DNA of 64,000 nt from Candidatus Multivoradales bacterium (lineage in GTDB: Bacteria > Acidobacteriota > Thermoanaerobaculia > Multivoradales > J023), in the NCBI GenBank assembly GCA_965248925.1, contig CBDFLE010000006.1, forward strand, positions 1,888,001 through 1,952,000, given 5' to 3'. A program made the position numbers and the translations under genes. Within the stretch, counting starts at the first letter, position 1, and each line of letters starts with the position of its first letter. This document shows, one piece after another, positions 47,832 to 58,609 of this stretch. The notes beneath the pieces were generated by a model that saw nothing but the letters and a program-made list of their open reading frames with translations, was not told the DNA's origin and ran no database searches.

Positions 47832-49094
47832 CTAAGATCTTCGAGTCAGCGGCAATCGCGCACCACTCCAACCAGGAAATAGCACCGCATCGTCGGCAAT
47901 ACCAAAGTGGTGGCCGGCGACCCCGGCGAACACCGCACGGAAGTCGGTGGTAACCGGCAAATCGCGACCTTCGTAGAGCGCATCAGGATCGAGCTGGGGC
48001 AAGCTGCCATGCACTTTGCCGCCGTCGATCTCGCCGCCGAGCACGAACAGGCACGAGCCGTGGCCGTGGTCGGTGCCGCCGCTACCGTTCTCACGCACGG
48101 TGCGACCAAACTCGGTCATGGTCATCAGCACTACCTCGTCTCTGGCCGCACCGAGATCGGTCCAGAAAGCCTGGATCGAAGCCGCCAGATCGCGGGCCTT
48201 GCGGGCGAAGGTGCCTTGGCCGGTGCCTTGGCGGACGTGGGTATCCCAGCCGCTACTTTCGGCGAAGGCCACTTCCAAGCCAACATCCGACTTGATCAGA
48301 AAAGCTATCTGCATCAGCGCCCGGCCAAACGGACTCTGTGGATAGTGAGCCGCAGCGACCGGGCGATAGTTGGATACATCGAGCTTGTCGAGGGTGTCGA
48401 CCGCGGCAAAAGTCTCGGCCGCGGTATCGCGCAGCAGCTCGGCGGAGGTCTGCTCGTAGAGAGCTTCAAATCCCCTGCCAGCAGCCGAGGCAGCGCCCTG
48501 CGCACCTGGCAGATCGACGCGGAAGTCGCGCAGATCGGTGACCGCCAGTGAGGCCGCGGAGCCATAGAGCGAACGCGGTAAAGCCGGAGTCAACGCCACC
48601 GCACGAAAAGGGGAGGCGTCGTGGCCGAGTTCGCCGACAACCCGGTTGAGCCAACCGTCGGCAGTACCTTTGCGGCCAGGAGTGCCGGTCTCCATATAGT
48701 CCTGGGCATCGAAGTGAGAGCGGGTTGGATCTGGCGAGCCCACCGCGTGCACCACCGCCAAGCGCCGATCGCGCCACAGGGGCAGGAGGTCGGAGAAACC
48801 GGGGTGGAGGCCAAATCCAACTCCCAAGTCGTGGACCGCATCGGCCGCCACCGCCTTGGCCCCGCCCATCGCCAGGCGCGGCCGCAAGCGGTTCAACAGA
48901 GCCTCTTCGCCAAGCGGCGGCACGGCCATCAAGCCATCCATCGCCCCACGTTGAAAAATGGTCACCAACACCTTGCGCCGGCCACCGCTAGCGGCTTGGC
49001 TGGCAGCGGCCGCGCGGGCGAGAAAGCTCGGTCCAGCACCGAGAGTCACCAGGGCGACTCCACCGGACTTCAGAAAAGCTCTTCGATCGAGCAT
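47832..49094 (-). CDS. DUF1501 protein with Tat signal
   Basis: DRRAFLK, QRGAMDGL, RSHFDAQ, GWDTH, TEFGR, GTDHG, TTDFR. Confidence 0.88.
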   Translation of the reverse strand: MLDRRAFLKSGGVALVTLGAGPSFLARAAAASQAASGGRRKVLVTIFQRGAMDGLMAVPPLGEEALLNRLRPRLAMGGAKAVAADAVHDLGVGFGLHPGFSDLLPLWRDRRLAVVHAVGSPDPTRSHFDAQDYMETGTPGRKGTADGWLNRVVGELGHDASPFRAVALTPALPRSLYGSAASLAVTDLRDFRVDLPGAQGAASAAGRGFEALYEQTSAELLRDTAAETFAAVDTLDKLDVSNYRPVAAAHYPQSPFGRALMQIAFLIKSDVGLEVAFAESSGWDTHVRQGTGQGTFARKARDLAASIQAFWTDLGAARDEVVLMTMTEFGRTVRENGSGGTDHGHGSCLFVLGGEIDGGKVHGSLPQLDPDALYEGRDLPVTTDFRAVFAGVAGHHFGIADDAVLFPGWSGARLPLTRRS

Positions 49095-49137
49095 GACCTT
49101 TCTCCTTCTATTTCTCGAACGGCAAAGAACTGCACCG

Positions 49138-51114
49138 CTAGCGACGTTGAAATTCTGGCGCCCCTAGAATCACCCCGACGACCTGGCCGAGGGAGCCGGC
49201 CTTGGCGCCCTCAGCAGTCAACTTTAGAGGCGCGGCGTCATCAAATAGGTCTTCGAGATTAGCCGGCGGCGGACTCTCCTTTTCCGCCTCAGGCGCCCGC
49301 GCTTCAAGCCGCGCGGCGAGCTGGTGCTCACCCACCATCGACTGCAACAAGCGCACCGTCTCTCGCGCATCCCGTTCGGGTAGCAGCAACGGCACGTAGC
49401 TGGCCAGGGCGGCGGCAAGCGACTCTGGTTCTCGACCTCCGTCGAGGGTTGCCAGGTCGAGGCGCACGCCATCGATCGAGCCATTGCCGAGTTGCAAACC
49501 AAAGCTCATGCGCTGCAACAGGGCACCGGTGTTAACCCAAGCGTCGGCTGTGTCTGGATAGCCGGTGGGTGCCTGGTAGGCGTAGGGTAGTTGGCCGAGG
49601 CGGCGCAACCAGTCGATCAGCTGTTGCGGATCGTCGATCTCTGCCGCGGTCGCCCGCAGCGCTGAACTGACCAATTCGAAGGGAGTCTTGATCTTGCCGT
49701 GGCGATAACCGGCAGCCCAGAACTCTGGCGCGTAAGCCAAGGTGCGCATCACCTTCTGCAGGTCGCCGCCAGTGTCGAGAAAAACCGCCGCCAGGCGCTC
49801 TACCAGTGCTGTTGGCGGCCGATCGGCAACGAACCTGATCGCCAGCTTGGTGGCCAGGTGCTCGGCGGTCGAGCGGTGGCCGGCGAGCAGCCCGAGCACC
49901 TCCAAGCCATCCTCGATACCGCGACCCGCAGGTAACCGCTGGCCGAGCACCATCTTGGCCTCAGCGTCGTGGGCGTTGGCGCGGAAGATGAAGTTGCCTT
50001 CGACAACGAAACCGGCCCGATCACCCATTCTACCCAGCCTTGCCGACCGCGACTGAACATTCCCCTGTTTAGCTGGCGGCAACACCGTCCAGCCAGTGAA
50101 GGCACGGGCAACCTCGACCACGTCCTGTTGCTCGTAGCCGCCATCAACTCCAAGAGTGTGCAACTCGAGCAACTCGCGGGCGTAGTTCTCGTTCAAGCCT
50201 TGTAGCCGACGGCCGGTAGGCGGCGGACTCTCGGCCTGCCGACGCTGGCCGCGAGGGTTGGCAAAGCGCCCCCGGCGTCCACCCCCACGGCGTTGGCCTC
50301 CACTGCCGCGGCTCCCACTGCGTACAGCTTGACGCCGCCGTCGATCAAGGGTCGTCGCGACCCCGCTGGCGGCTACCGAGCGTGCGTTGTCGAGGTAAAG
50401 CAGCATTGCCGGATGCTTGGCCGTGGCAACTAGTAGGGCGTCGAAATCACCAAGCACATGCGGCCGAATCGCGTCGCGCTCATAAGCGGTCAGCAAGCCT
50501 CGCACGTCCTTGTCGGTCAGCGAGACATTGAAGTGGTTGAACCAAAAATCGGTCAACACCGCTTGCAGCTGATTCTCGCCATAGACCGCGCGGTAGAGCT
50601 TCTGGGTCATCAACTCGCTGAGCAACCGGCGTTGGCTGCGGTAGCCTTGCTGACGAGCGAAGGCCATCACTTCCCGCCCCCCCCGAGCCCGGCGCCGCTC
50701 ACCGCCAGCCGCATCGGTGACGGCCTGGGCATCCTCGCGGCCGGCCAGATCTTGATCGCTGATCGTGCCGGCGGCGCGCGCTTGGCGCAACACCTGGCCG
50801 GGATTGGGATAGGTGAGATAGATCTCTTCAAGAGGCATTTGCAAGCTGACCAACCCCCCGAGTCGAGTCGTCAACGAGGGCTCTTGCAGCTGCGCCGCCA
50901 ACTGCCCGTCGAGCCAGGTCTCGAGCCCCTGCGCGACTATGCGATCCACATCGCCAGGCCGCGCGCCATAGGCGAAACGATCGAGCAGGTGGGCGGCGGC
51001 CTGGCGCTGGTCAAGACCGGCCTGACGCCACGGCAAGGTGTCGGCCACTAGCGGCGTGGCCAGCAGTAGACAAGGCAGCAGCAGGCGGACAAACATCGGG
51101 CGGGATCGGGGCAT
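49138..51114 (-). CDS. DUF1800 protein
   Basis: FWFNHFNV, MLLYLDN, NENYARELLELHTLG, VARAFTGW, PEFQRR. Confidence 0.88.
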   Translation of the reverse strand: MPRSRPMFVRLLLPCLLLATPLVADTLPWRQAGLDQRQAAAHLLDRFAYGARPGDVDRIVAQGLETWLDGQLAAQLQEPSLTTRLGGLVSLQMPLEEIYLTYPNPGQVLRQARAAGTISDQDLAGREDAQAVTDAAGGERRRARGGREVMAFARQQGYRSQRRLLSELMTQKLYRAVYGENQLQAVLTDFWFNHFNVSLTDKDVRGLLTAYERDAIRPHVLGDFDALLVATAKHPAMLLYLDNARSVAASGVATTLDRRRRQAVRSGSRGSGGQRRGGGRRGRFANPRGQRRQAESPPPTGRRLQGLNENYARELLELHTLGVDGGYEQQDVVEVARAFTGWTVLPPAKQGNVQSRSARLGRMGDRAGFVVEGNFIFRANAHDAEAKMVLGQRLPAGRGIEDGLEVLGLLAGHRSTAEHLATKLAIRFVADRPPTALVERLAAVFLDTGGDLQKVMRTLAYAPEFWAAGYRHGKIKTPFELVSSALRATAAEIDDPQQLIDWLRRLGQLPYAYQAPTGYPDTADAWVNTGALLQRMSFGLQLGNGSIDGVRLDLATLDGGREPESLAAALASYVPLLLPERDARETVRLLQSMVGEHQLAARLEARAPEAEKESPPPANLEDLFDDAAPLKLTAEGAKAGSLGQVVGVILGAPEFQRR

Positions 51115-51280
51115 CGCTCCTCCTCGTGCAATCGGCCCCTCGGGGCCGGTGGACAAGGGTGCAACACGCGGCGCGGGCCGTTCTTGCGGCCCACAGTATT
51201 TTTTCTCTTAGCGACGGATAGCATCAGCGGCCGCCGCAGATCGGTGGACGGCCCTCCAGGCCGTCTGCGACTCAATTCGC

Positions 51281-51490
51281 TCAGGTAAAGCCGGTGTTGC
51301 TGCAACCCGGCTGGGCACAGGCGGTGGACGCCGCGGAAGACGCAGCCGAAGCGGCGAAGGTGGAGTGCTGGCGAGCCAGTCTCCGCTCACCACAGCCGGG
51401 GCAGTCGAGTTCGGCGGCATCGGCACCCAGGGCCTGTAAAATCTCGAACTCATGCTCGCACGACTGACAACGATATTCATAAATCGGCAT
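51281..51490 (-). CDS. FmdB-family zinc ribbon protein
   Basis: MPIYEYRCQSCEHEFE...CPGCG; GGAGG RBS. Confidence 0.85.
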   Translation of the reverse strand: MPIYEYRCQSCEHEFEILQALGADAAELDCPGCGERRLARQHSTFAASAASSAASTACAQPGCSNTGFT

Positions 51491-51514
51491 AGCTATCCTC
51501 CATCGGCAATCAGT

Positions 51515-52705
51515 TCAGGCCGGGTCCTCTTGCGGTGCAACCACTCGGTTCCGGCCCCCGTTCTTGGCCTGATAGAGGCGCAGGTCGGCAACCGCCAGAG
51601 TCTCTTCCAAACTCGAACCATCTTGGGGAAAGACCGCCACCCCGATGCTCACCGTGAGATGGGTGCTCCCCCCCTTGGCATCTACTTGCATCGGGCATTC
51701 AGCGATCGCCAGCCGCAGATCGTCGAGGCGGCGTTGGGCATCGAGCGGCTGCATGCCGGGAAACAGGCAAGCAAACTCCTCACCACCATAGCGCGCTACC
51801 AAGTCAGTGGTTCGCACTGATTTCGACAGCAGATCGGACACCTTGCGCAGAGCCTCGTCGCCGGCCAAGTGACCGTAGGTGTCATTGAGCTTCTTGAAGT
51901 GATCGATATCGATCATCGCTACCGCCACCGGCTGGCCGGAACGTGCTGCCAGCGCGCCAATCCGCTGCAGACTCTCATCGAAGAATCCGCGGTTGGAAAG
52001 ATTGGTCAGGCGATCACGGATCGATAACTTGCGCTGCTCGTTGGCACGAATCACCAACGTGGTGCTCAGCAGCGTGGCCATCGCCAAGAGCACTAATCGC
52101 CAACATTGGGTCTGCCAATTGAAATCGCTATCCAGCAGTAGATCCCACTGCCAAACCGCGTAGCTCACCACGATCGAGTACTGGCCGATCGCCGTCAGAC
52201 CGGTGATCACGCATATCCGCCAGTCGTAGCGCAAGCTGGTGGAAGCAATGGCCAACAGGTAGACCGGGAAGATCACCAGGTCGCCGGTAGCTTCGATAGG
52301 ACGGTCGAGTCGCAGGTAAATCCACAAACTTAGGGTGACCAGGGAAATGTCGAGGACGCCACTAAAAAAACCGATCCAGCGACGACCCCAACTGCGCCGA
52401 ACCGCGGTGTAGACCACCAAGGCTTCGGCCAGGGCCGCCAGCGCCACCCACAGCACGATCTGCCGTGATCCTTCGCCCGGCGCGTCGACGAATCGGCTGA
52501 GCGGAAAGTAGAGCACCAACACCAACAGCAAGAGGCGGATACCAGCGAGTAGCCACTCGCCCTGGCGACCGGCATCTACCAGCTCCGGATCGGGAGGCGA
52601 CCATAGCCGCCGCAAAGCATGCCTCCAGCGCAGCATCCGCGTCGGCCGCAGTACTATTCCGCTGCTCGGCTGCGGCACCGCCGGACTCCCAGAATTTGCT
52701 CTCAT
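51515..52705 (-). CDS. Membrane diguanylate cyclase (GGEEF)
   Basis: TM region, DRLTNLSNR, DIDHFKKLNDTYGH, RTTD I-site, RYGGEEF, LYQAK. Confidence 0.92.
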   Translation of the reverse strand: MRANSGSPAVPQPSSGIVLRPTRMLRWRHALRRLWSPPDPELVDAGRQGEWLLAGIRLLLLVLVLYFPLSRFVDAPGEGSRQIVLWVALAALAEALVVYTAVRRSWGRRWIGFFSGVLDISLVTLSLWIYLRLDRPIEATGDLVIFPVYLLAIASTSLRYDWRICVITGLTAIGQYSIVVSYAVWQWDLLLDSDFNWQTQCWRLVLLAMATLLSTTLVIRANEQRKLSIRDRLTNLSNRGFFDESLQRIGALAARSGQPVAVAMIDIDHFKKLNDTYGHLAGDEALRKVSDLLSKSVRTTDLVARYGGEEFACLFPGMQPLDAQRRLDDLRLAIAECPMQVDAKGGSTHLTVSIGVAVFPQDGSSLEETLAVADLRLYQAKNGGRNRVVAPQEDPA

Positions 52706-53203
52706 TGTCTCTTCGACACCCCAGTCAGCGCCGTCTCAGCCTCCGTCCCTTAGGACGGAATCACTCAGCTGGCAACGCCGCGCCCGGTTGGGCCCAGTGC
52801 TCGGATCCCTTGTGCTTGCGATTTTAGCATCGTCGCCGTTGGGCCATCAGCGGGCAGAGAGATTCTTGCAGTTGAGGATCAACGGTAGTTCTGCCGACCG
52901 ACTGTCAGACGACTCGTTCGGCCCACGATGTCGTGTGACCCCCGCAGGAGACCGCGGCGATTTTCTGCGTCAGACCGGGCGGGTGCCAGCGGCAGACGTC
53001 CTCTGAGCCTGCGAGCCAACTCGAACGGCCCCGCCAGGCGGCCTTTCCGGCCGTGATCCCGAGACATAGATGAAGTAACATAGAAACTGGTCGAGAGCAC
53101 ATTGAGAGTACATTGCGAAAACCGTACACCGTGAAGACAGTCCACGGTGGAGATCGCGCCGCGCTGAAGTTGAGTCATCGCGGACAACTCGGGGGACGAA
53201 CTT

Positions 53204-53638
53204 TTGAGCACTGCTCGAGCCTTCGAATACCGCCATGTGGTGGGTTTCGAAGAAACTAATTTGGTCGGCAATGTCTACTACGCCAACCACATTCGCTGGC
53301 AAGGCAGGTGCCGCGAGATGTTCCTGCGCGCTCACTGCCCGGAGATCCTCGAACAAATGAACCAGGGACTCGCCCTGGTGACCGTGCGCTGCGGCTGCGA
53401 ATATTTCGCCGAGCTGCTGCCCTTCGATGAGGTCTTGATCCGCATGCGCCTGGGTGAGGTGGTACAAAACCGCGTCACCATGCTCTACGAATACCTCCGC
53501 GTGGGACCTCTCGGCGAAGAACTGGTAGCCCGCGGCGAGCAGCAGATCGCCTGCATGCAGCGCGCCGAGGAGCGCGCCGTTCCCACCCCAGTGCCCCACG
53601 CGCTGCGTGCGGCGCTCGAACCCTTCAGAGCATCGTGA
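53204..53638 (+). CDS. Hotdog-fold thioesterase resembling enediyne PKS thioesterases (SgcE10/CalE7/DynE7 type)
   Basis: RHVVGFEETNLVGNVYYANHIRWQGRCREMFL...CEYFAE..FDE..IRMRL...LVARGEQQIACM. Confidence 0.8.
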   Translation: MSTARAFEYRHVVGFEETNLVGNVYYANHIRWQGRCREMFLRAHCPEILEQMNQGLALVTVRCGCEYFAELLPFDEVLIRMRLGEVVQNRVTMLYEYLRVGPLGEELVARGEQQIACMQRAEERAVPTPVPHALRAALEPFRAS

Positions 53639-56600
53639 GCTACCGCCAGACAGTCCGCCGCCAACGGCTGCCGCCAGCCCTCATGCTGCTGAGCTTGCTA
53701 CTGGGCCTGTTACTGAGCACTGATTGTGGCACTCCGGCCGCCGACCCCCCTGGCAACGACTTCGTGCGAGCGATGAACCTGGGCAAGGCCCTGCTGGAGA
53801 ACAAAGACTCCAAGGGCGCCATCGACCAGCTCACCCAGGCCGTCAGTCTCGACCCTGATTCGACCGCGGCGCGGCGCAACCTGGCCCGCGCCCTGCTACT
53901 GGCGCGCGACTCCGAAGGGGCATTGGCAAGTCTCGGCAGGGCCGCCGAGTTGGACGACGAAAATGCCTCGACCAGCTACTTGAAAGGCATCAGCCTGGCG
54001 CGGCTGGGACGTTTCGAGGAAGCTCTGCCACATTTCGAACGGGCAGTCCAGCTAGACCCCAAGACCGCAGCCCTACGCTACCAACTGGCCAGCGCCTACC
54101 AATCGACCGCGCGCCATCAGCAGGCGGGCGAGCAGCTGGTAGCCACCCTAGAACTCGATCCCCTGCACGGCAGCGCCCATTTCCTGTTGGCCAGCTATGC
54201 CCGCGGCAACGGCGACCGCCAAGCGCAAGCTCTACATCAAGGGGAAGTGCGACGACTGCGGCAGCTCTTGGGCGAGCAAAACCGCTCGGCCGAGGCGCTC
54301 GAGTCTTGCTTCCACACTTTGCCGGAAGGGGTGGCCGAGCACAGCGATGAAGCCGGCGAATGGCGGCCACGGCTGATCCCGGCTAGCGATATCTGGCTGA
54401 CCGACGACAGCGCCTCGGAACTCGCCACACGGGCTCGGGCCGCCACCGTCTTCGAAGTCGACAAGGACGGCCGGGCGATCGTCTTCGTCGCCACTGATGA
54501 CGGCCGCGCCTTCCTGCTCACCGCCGCCTCGTCCGGCCCGGTGGTGCATGCGCTGGCGCTGCCGCTGCCAGATCTTGGGAATCAAGTGCAGGCGCTCGGC
54601 GGCAATTTTCACGACGTAGTCACCGCGGGCAAACCCTACGATCCGCGACTCCACGCCCACGGCGACCTGCTGCTACTCGGCGCCGAGCGCTCGGTGCTCT
54701 TGGCCGGCGGTGGCGACGGCGAATTCGAAGATCTCACCCAGAGCGCCGGACTAGTGGGGGTCGGCGGCCGGCGTGCCCGCTGGCTGGACATCGAGCACGA
54801 CGGCGACATCGACCTGGCCATCGCCGGCCCCGCCGGGCTGGCAATCTGGCAGAACAACGGCGATCGCACCTTTCGCCAGGTCAGCGCGGAAATCGGCCTC
54901 GAAGACCCCAACCCGGCCAGCGATCTGGCAGCGGTGGACTTCGACGACGATGTGGCCATCGACCTGGTGGTGGCCCACGCCACCACCCCGAGCCAAGTAT
55001 TCGACAACCAGCGCACCGGCTCCTACGCTCGCCGCAGTGCCCCCGCCGGCCCCTGGCCCAGCGCCCGGCTGGTAGCTCTGGACGATGTCGACGGCGACTC
55101 CCACGCCGACGCCGTGTTAGTGAGTGAGCAACACCTGGTGATCGTGCCCGGACGCGGGGGCGACCGTCAGCAGCTCGACTTCACCGACTTCGCAGCGACC
55201 GCGCTACGGCTGACCGACCTCGACAACGACGGCACTCTGGAGATTCTCCTCGCCGGTCACACCGGCAGCGGCCATGAATCTGCAACCACAGGACGCCTGA
55301 AGCTGTGGCGCCGCGTCCACGGCAGCTGGCAGTCCCTCGGCCCGGTCGCTGGCCTCGACACCCTGGAGCTACCACCGATCCAGCACCTGCTGAGCGCCGA
55401 CCTGGATCTCGATGGCGACAGCGATCTACTGCTGGTCACCGACGATGGCTTGCGCTTGCTGCGCAACGAAGGCGGCAATGCCGCGGCCCAACTCAAGCTG
55501 CGCCTGGTGGGCGGCAAGTCAAATCCCGATGGCCTTGGAGTCGGCCTCGAACTACGCCGCGGGAGGCAGCGGATCAACCGCACGGTCGCTGAGCTGCCGA
55601 TCGTGATCGGTCTCGGCACCACCACCGATGGCGCCACCCCGACCCTCGACTCCTTGCAGGTGACCTGGTCCAACGGCGTGGTCGACAATCAACTCGACAT
55701 TGCCGCCGGCGCGGTCACCGTGGTGGAGAAAAATGTCGCCACCGGCTCCTGTCCGTTCCTCTATGCCTGGGATGGCGAGGGTTACCGCTTCGTCACCGAC
55801 CTGCTGGGCAACTCGCCGGTGGGTCTGCAGATCCGCCGCGGCGTCCCCCTCGACGCCGACCGTGACGAGTACGTCGAGATCGGGCCGGCGAGCAACTGGC
55901 CCGCCCGCGACGGCGAATTGCTGCTCATGGTGACTGAGGAAATGCGCGAGGTTCTTTACCTTGATCAGGTGCGAGTGGTGGCGGTGGATCATCCACCGGG
56001 GGTCGAAGTCCACCCCAACGACAAGCTGCGTCCAGCCCCCTTTCCCCCTTCCGAACTCGTGCCGCTAGGCGACCTGCGAACCGCCCGCCGGGTCGACAGC
56101 AGCGACGGCCTCGACCGCCGTGCCGCCTTGAGCGCCATCGACGGCACGTTTGCCCCCCCGGGCATAGCGTTGCCACCGCCCTTGCGCGGCGTCACCCAGC
56201 CCCTCTCACTAACCCTCGCTTTTGGCCCCCTCGAAACGTCGAAGCCGCTGATCCTGGCCCTGACCGGCTGGCTACAATACGGCGACGCCAGCACCAACAT
56301 CGCTCTCTCCCAAGCCGCCAGTTCCGCCGCCCTGCCGCCGCGGCTCGAAGTCGAGACCGCCGCTGGCGACTGGCAACAAGTTGCCGTCGTGGTCGGCGTA
56401 CCGGCCGGCAAGACCAAGACCATCCTGGTCGATCTCAGCGGCCAGCTGCCGCGCGGCGCCAGGCGGCTGCGGCTTAGCAGCAGCTTGGAAATTCGTTGGG
56501 ATCGCATCGCTCTTGGTCAACGCCTGCCGCTGAGCATCCTCACGCGGACAGTGATCGATCCGGTTCGCGCCGACTTCGCCTGGCGTGGTTTCTCCGCGAT

Positions 56601-56997
56601 GGCCAGCCGGGCTCCCGAACATCCCTCCACCCCGGCCTTCGCCGAACTGCTCAACCAGCCACCCTGGCGCCACTCCCCGAGCGGCTGGGCCACCGCCTAC
56701 GGCGATGTGCTCGACCTGCTGACCCGTGCTGAACATGGCCTGGTGATCGTCGCCGGTGGCGACGCCATCGAACTCGCCTTCCCCACCTCAACCCTACCGC
56801 CCCGGTTCCAAGGCGGCCAACGAACGTATTTCTTCTACTCGATAGGTTGGGACAAAGACGGCGACCACAACGTCATCGACGGCGACCGCGTCGGCCCACT
56901 GCCGATCGAGCTGGCCGCTAGCGACCCCACCTGGCAGCGAGCCACCCGGCGCACCGGTGGAGTGGCCGAACCAGAGGCTTCTAGGGGCGGCAGATGA
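53635..56997 (+). CDS. Secreted TPR + FG-GAP + ASPIC/UnbV (CRTAC1-like) protein
   Basis: Signal segment, TPRs, DxDxDGDxDL repeats, SNPDGLG..GLG..VTWSNG, SCPFLYAWDG, GWDKDGD; GTGA overlap with the thioesterase. Confidence 0.85.
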   Translation: MSYRQTVRRQRLPPALMLLSLLLGLLLSTDCGTPAADPPGNDFVRAMNLGKALLENKDSKGAIDQLTQAVSLDPDSTAARRNLARALLLARDSEGALASLGRAAELDDENASTSYLKGISLARLGRFEEALPHFERAVQLDPKTAALRYQLASAYQSTARHQQAGEQLVATLELDPLHGSAHFLLASYARGNGDRQAQALHQGEVRRLRQLLGEQNRSAEALESCFHTLPEGVAEHSDEAGEWRPRLIPASDIWLTDDSASELATRARAATVFEVDKDGRAIVFVATDDGRAFLLTAASSGPVVHALALPLPDLGNQVQALGGNFHDVVTAGKPYDPRLHAHGDLLLLGAERSVLLAGGGDGEFEDLTQSAGLVGVGGRRARWLDIEHDGDIDLAIAGPAGLAIWQNNGDRTFRQVSAEIGLEDPNPASDLAAVDFDDDVAIDLVVAHATTPSQVFDNQRTGSYARRSAPAGPWPSARLVALDDVDGDSHADAVLVSEQHLVIVPGRGGDRQQLDFTDFAATALRLTDLDNDGTLEILLAGHTGSGHESATTGRLKLWRRVHGSWQSLGPVAGLDTLELPPIQHLLSADLDLDGDSDLLLVTDDGLRLLRNEGGNAAAQLKLRLVGGKSNPDGLGVGLELRRGRQRINRTVAELPIVIGLGTTTDGATPTLDSLQVTWSNGVVDNQLDIAAGAVTVVEKNVATGSCPFLYAWDGEGYRFVTDLLGNSPVGLQIRRGVPLDADRDEYVEIGPASNWPARDGELLLMVTEEMREVLYLDQVRVVAVDHPPGVEVHPNDKLRPAPFPPSELVPLGDLRTARRVDSSDGLDRRAALSAIDGTFAPPGIALPPPLRGVTQPLSLTLAFGPLETSKPLILALTGWLQYGDASTNIALSQAASSAALPPRLEVETAAGDWQQVAVVVGVPAGKTKTILVDLSGQLPRGARRLRLSSSLEIRWDRIALGQRLPLSILTRTVIDPVRADFAWRGFSAMASRAPEHPSTPAFAELLNQPPWRHSPSGWATAYGDVLDLLTRAEHGLVIVAGGDAIELAFPTSTLPPRFQGGQRTYFFYSIGWDKDGDHNVIDGDRVGPLPIELAASDPTWQRATRRTGGVAEPEASRGGR

Positions 56998-57381
56998 TCA
57001 GAGGGAAGGATTCAGACCCGCCAACGAATCGAACCGTTGCCAGAAGAATCTGACAGGTTCTTCCTCGACCTCGAACACCGCAGATTGGCGCCACTTTTCG
57101 CAAGCTGGAAGAAGCGGCAACGACCACCCACATCCTAGACTACTCACCGAGCTAGTTTTCCAGCGCCCGTAGTGCCGCAGCAGAGTACTCCAAAAAGTAA
57201 TACATCAAAGGTTTCAAAAGGCATCCGGGCCACACTCTGGACGGAGCCATGACCGACCTATTCCCACAGCGAAACAAGGAAGCCCGCGCTCGCGGCCCGC
57301 TTCGTCCCGCGCTACGATCGCCTTTCGACCTCGGCCTATTCAAGGCCACTCTTATGACAACCTAAAAAAAAGGAATTGAAG

Positions 57382-58277
57382 ATGTCTTTCAAATCAACTG
57401 TTAAGGTATGGATTACCCTCACTCTTCTGGTCTTGCTGGCTCTGCCAGCCATCGCCAGTGACTCAGTGATCTTCAGCGGTGTCGACCTGTGGAAAACACC
57501 GGGTGACGGCTCCACCTACTCCGACTTCAGCAAAGAGCCCATTCCCCCGGTTTCTTCTGCCCCGGCTCCAAGGCCTTCACCGGCCGCATCGTCTTCGAAG
57601 GGGCAGAACTCGCCACCAGCCCGGCGAAGGCACTCGGCAATACCGACACCATCGTCCAGCGGCTCGCCGATGCGACTTTCGACGGCTTTGGCGTCGCCCG
57701 CACGCCGATCCAGCTCAAGGCATTGGCGTTCAACAGCTTGGCGCCGGTGAAAACCAGCTGCGGCAGCTACAACGTCAAGGTCAGCTTGGCGGGCGAGCAG
57801 CCGATCACCGAGATGCTGATCATCCGCACCCGCGACGAGGGCGGCTTCTTCCTGTCGCCGATCCATGTCGTGGTGAAGATGAGTTTCTTGCCTGAGAACG
57901 CTGCCGGTGAGGTCGTCGAGATCGAGCGTGAACTCAAGTTCGCACCCAGCGGCAAAGCGCTGTGGAACAACCAGCCAGGGAGTGGCGGCATCCAGCAGAA
58001 AAGCACCGTCTACGTCGATTCCAACGGCGACGGCGAGACTGACCTTTGGGTTCCCGGAACCTCCAACTTCGCCGCCGGTTGGGGCGTAGCGGCCGGCAAA
58101 GGAACCGCTAACAACAAACAGCTCGCCGATGATGTGGTCATTGACGAAGGCGACAACGAAGGTTACGTGAACATCGGCGGTATCATCTACCACTGCGACG
58201 ACCCACCCGACTGCCATCACAGGCACGGCACCGTACCCGCAGATGACACCACCATCGGCAACGAGTTGCCTCAATAA
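57382..58277 (+). CDS. Secreted hypothetical protein, frameshifted at the C5 run 57544-57548
   Basis: Signal peptide; adding one base joins ...SKEPIP to PGFFCPGSKAFTGRIVF...DTIVQRL...ALAFNSLAPVKTSCG. Confidence 0.7.
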
Positions 58278-58609
58278 AGACCCGAGCGACCACCGTCTCG
58301 AGAGTGACTTAGAGGATCCAAGCTACTAGTGGGTTCGACGAGTCATGGACTCTCGGGACCACCGGGGCGGAATTCGAGCAAGTTCGACTCCGCCCCACTT
58401 TCATGCCAATTTTTTCATCTTCGTCAACCGGCGTCGTGGATCGGCAGCTCAGTATCGACCGGCGCTCGCAAGCCGCGCATCTTCTTGACCAAGGAGAGCG
58501 CCTCGGCATCGCTATTGATCTCTAGGCGGAGTTCGATGTTGAGCCACCAGCCGCTCGGTTTTTCGCTGAGAGGCGCTCTTCAGAAAAATATGATGTCCGG
58601 AATCCGTGA

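Noticed and set aside
47832-51114. DUF1800/DUF1501 pair as a new system
   Set aside because: A widespread, long-noted gene pair with nothing unusual here.
57085-57102. TGGCGC...TTCGC as a sigma54 promoter
   Set aside because: GG-to-GC spacing is 11, not the required 10.
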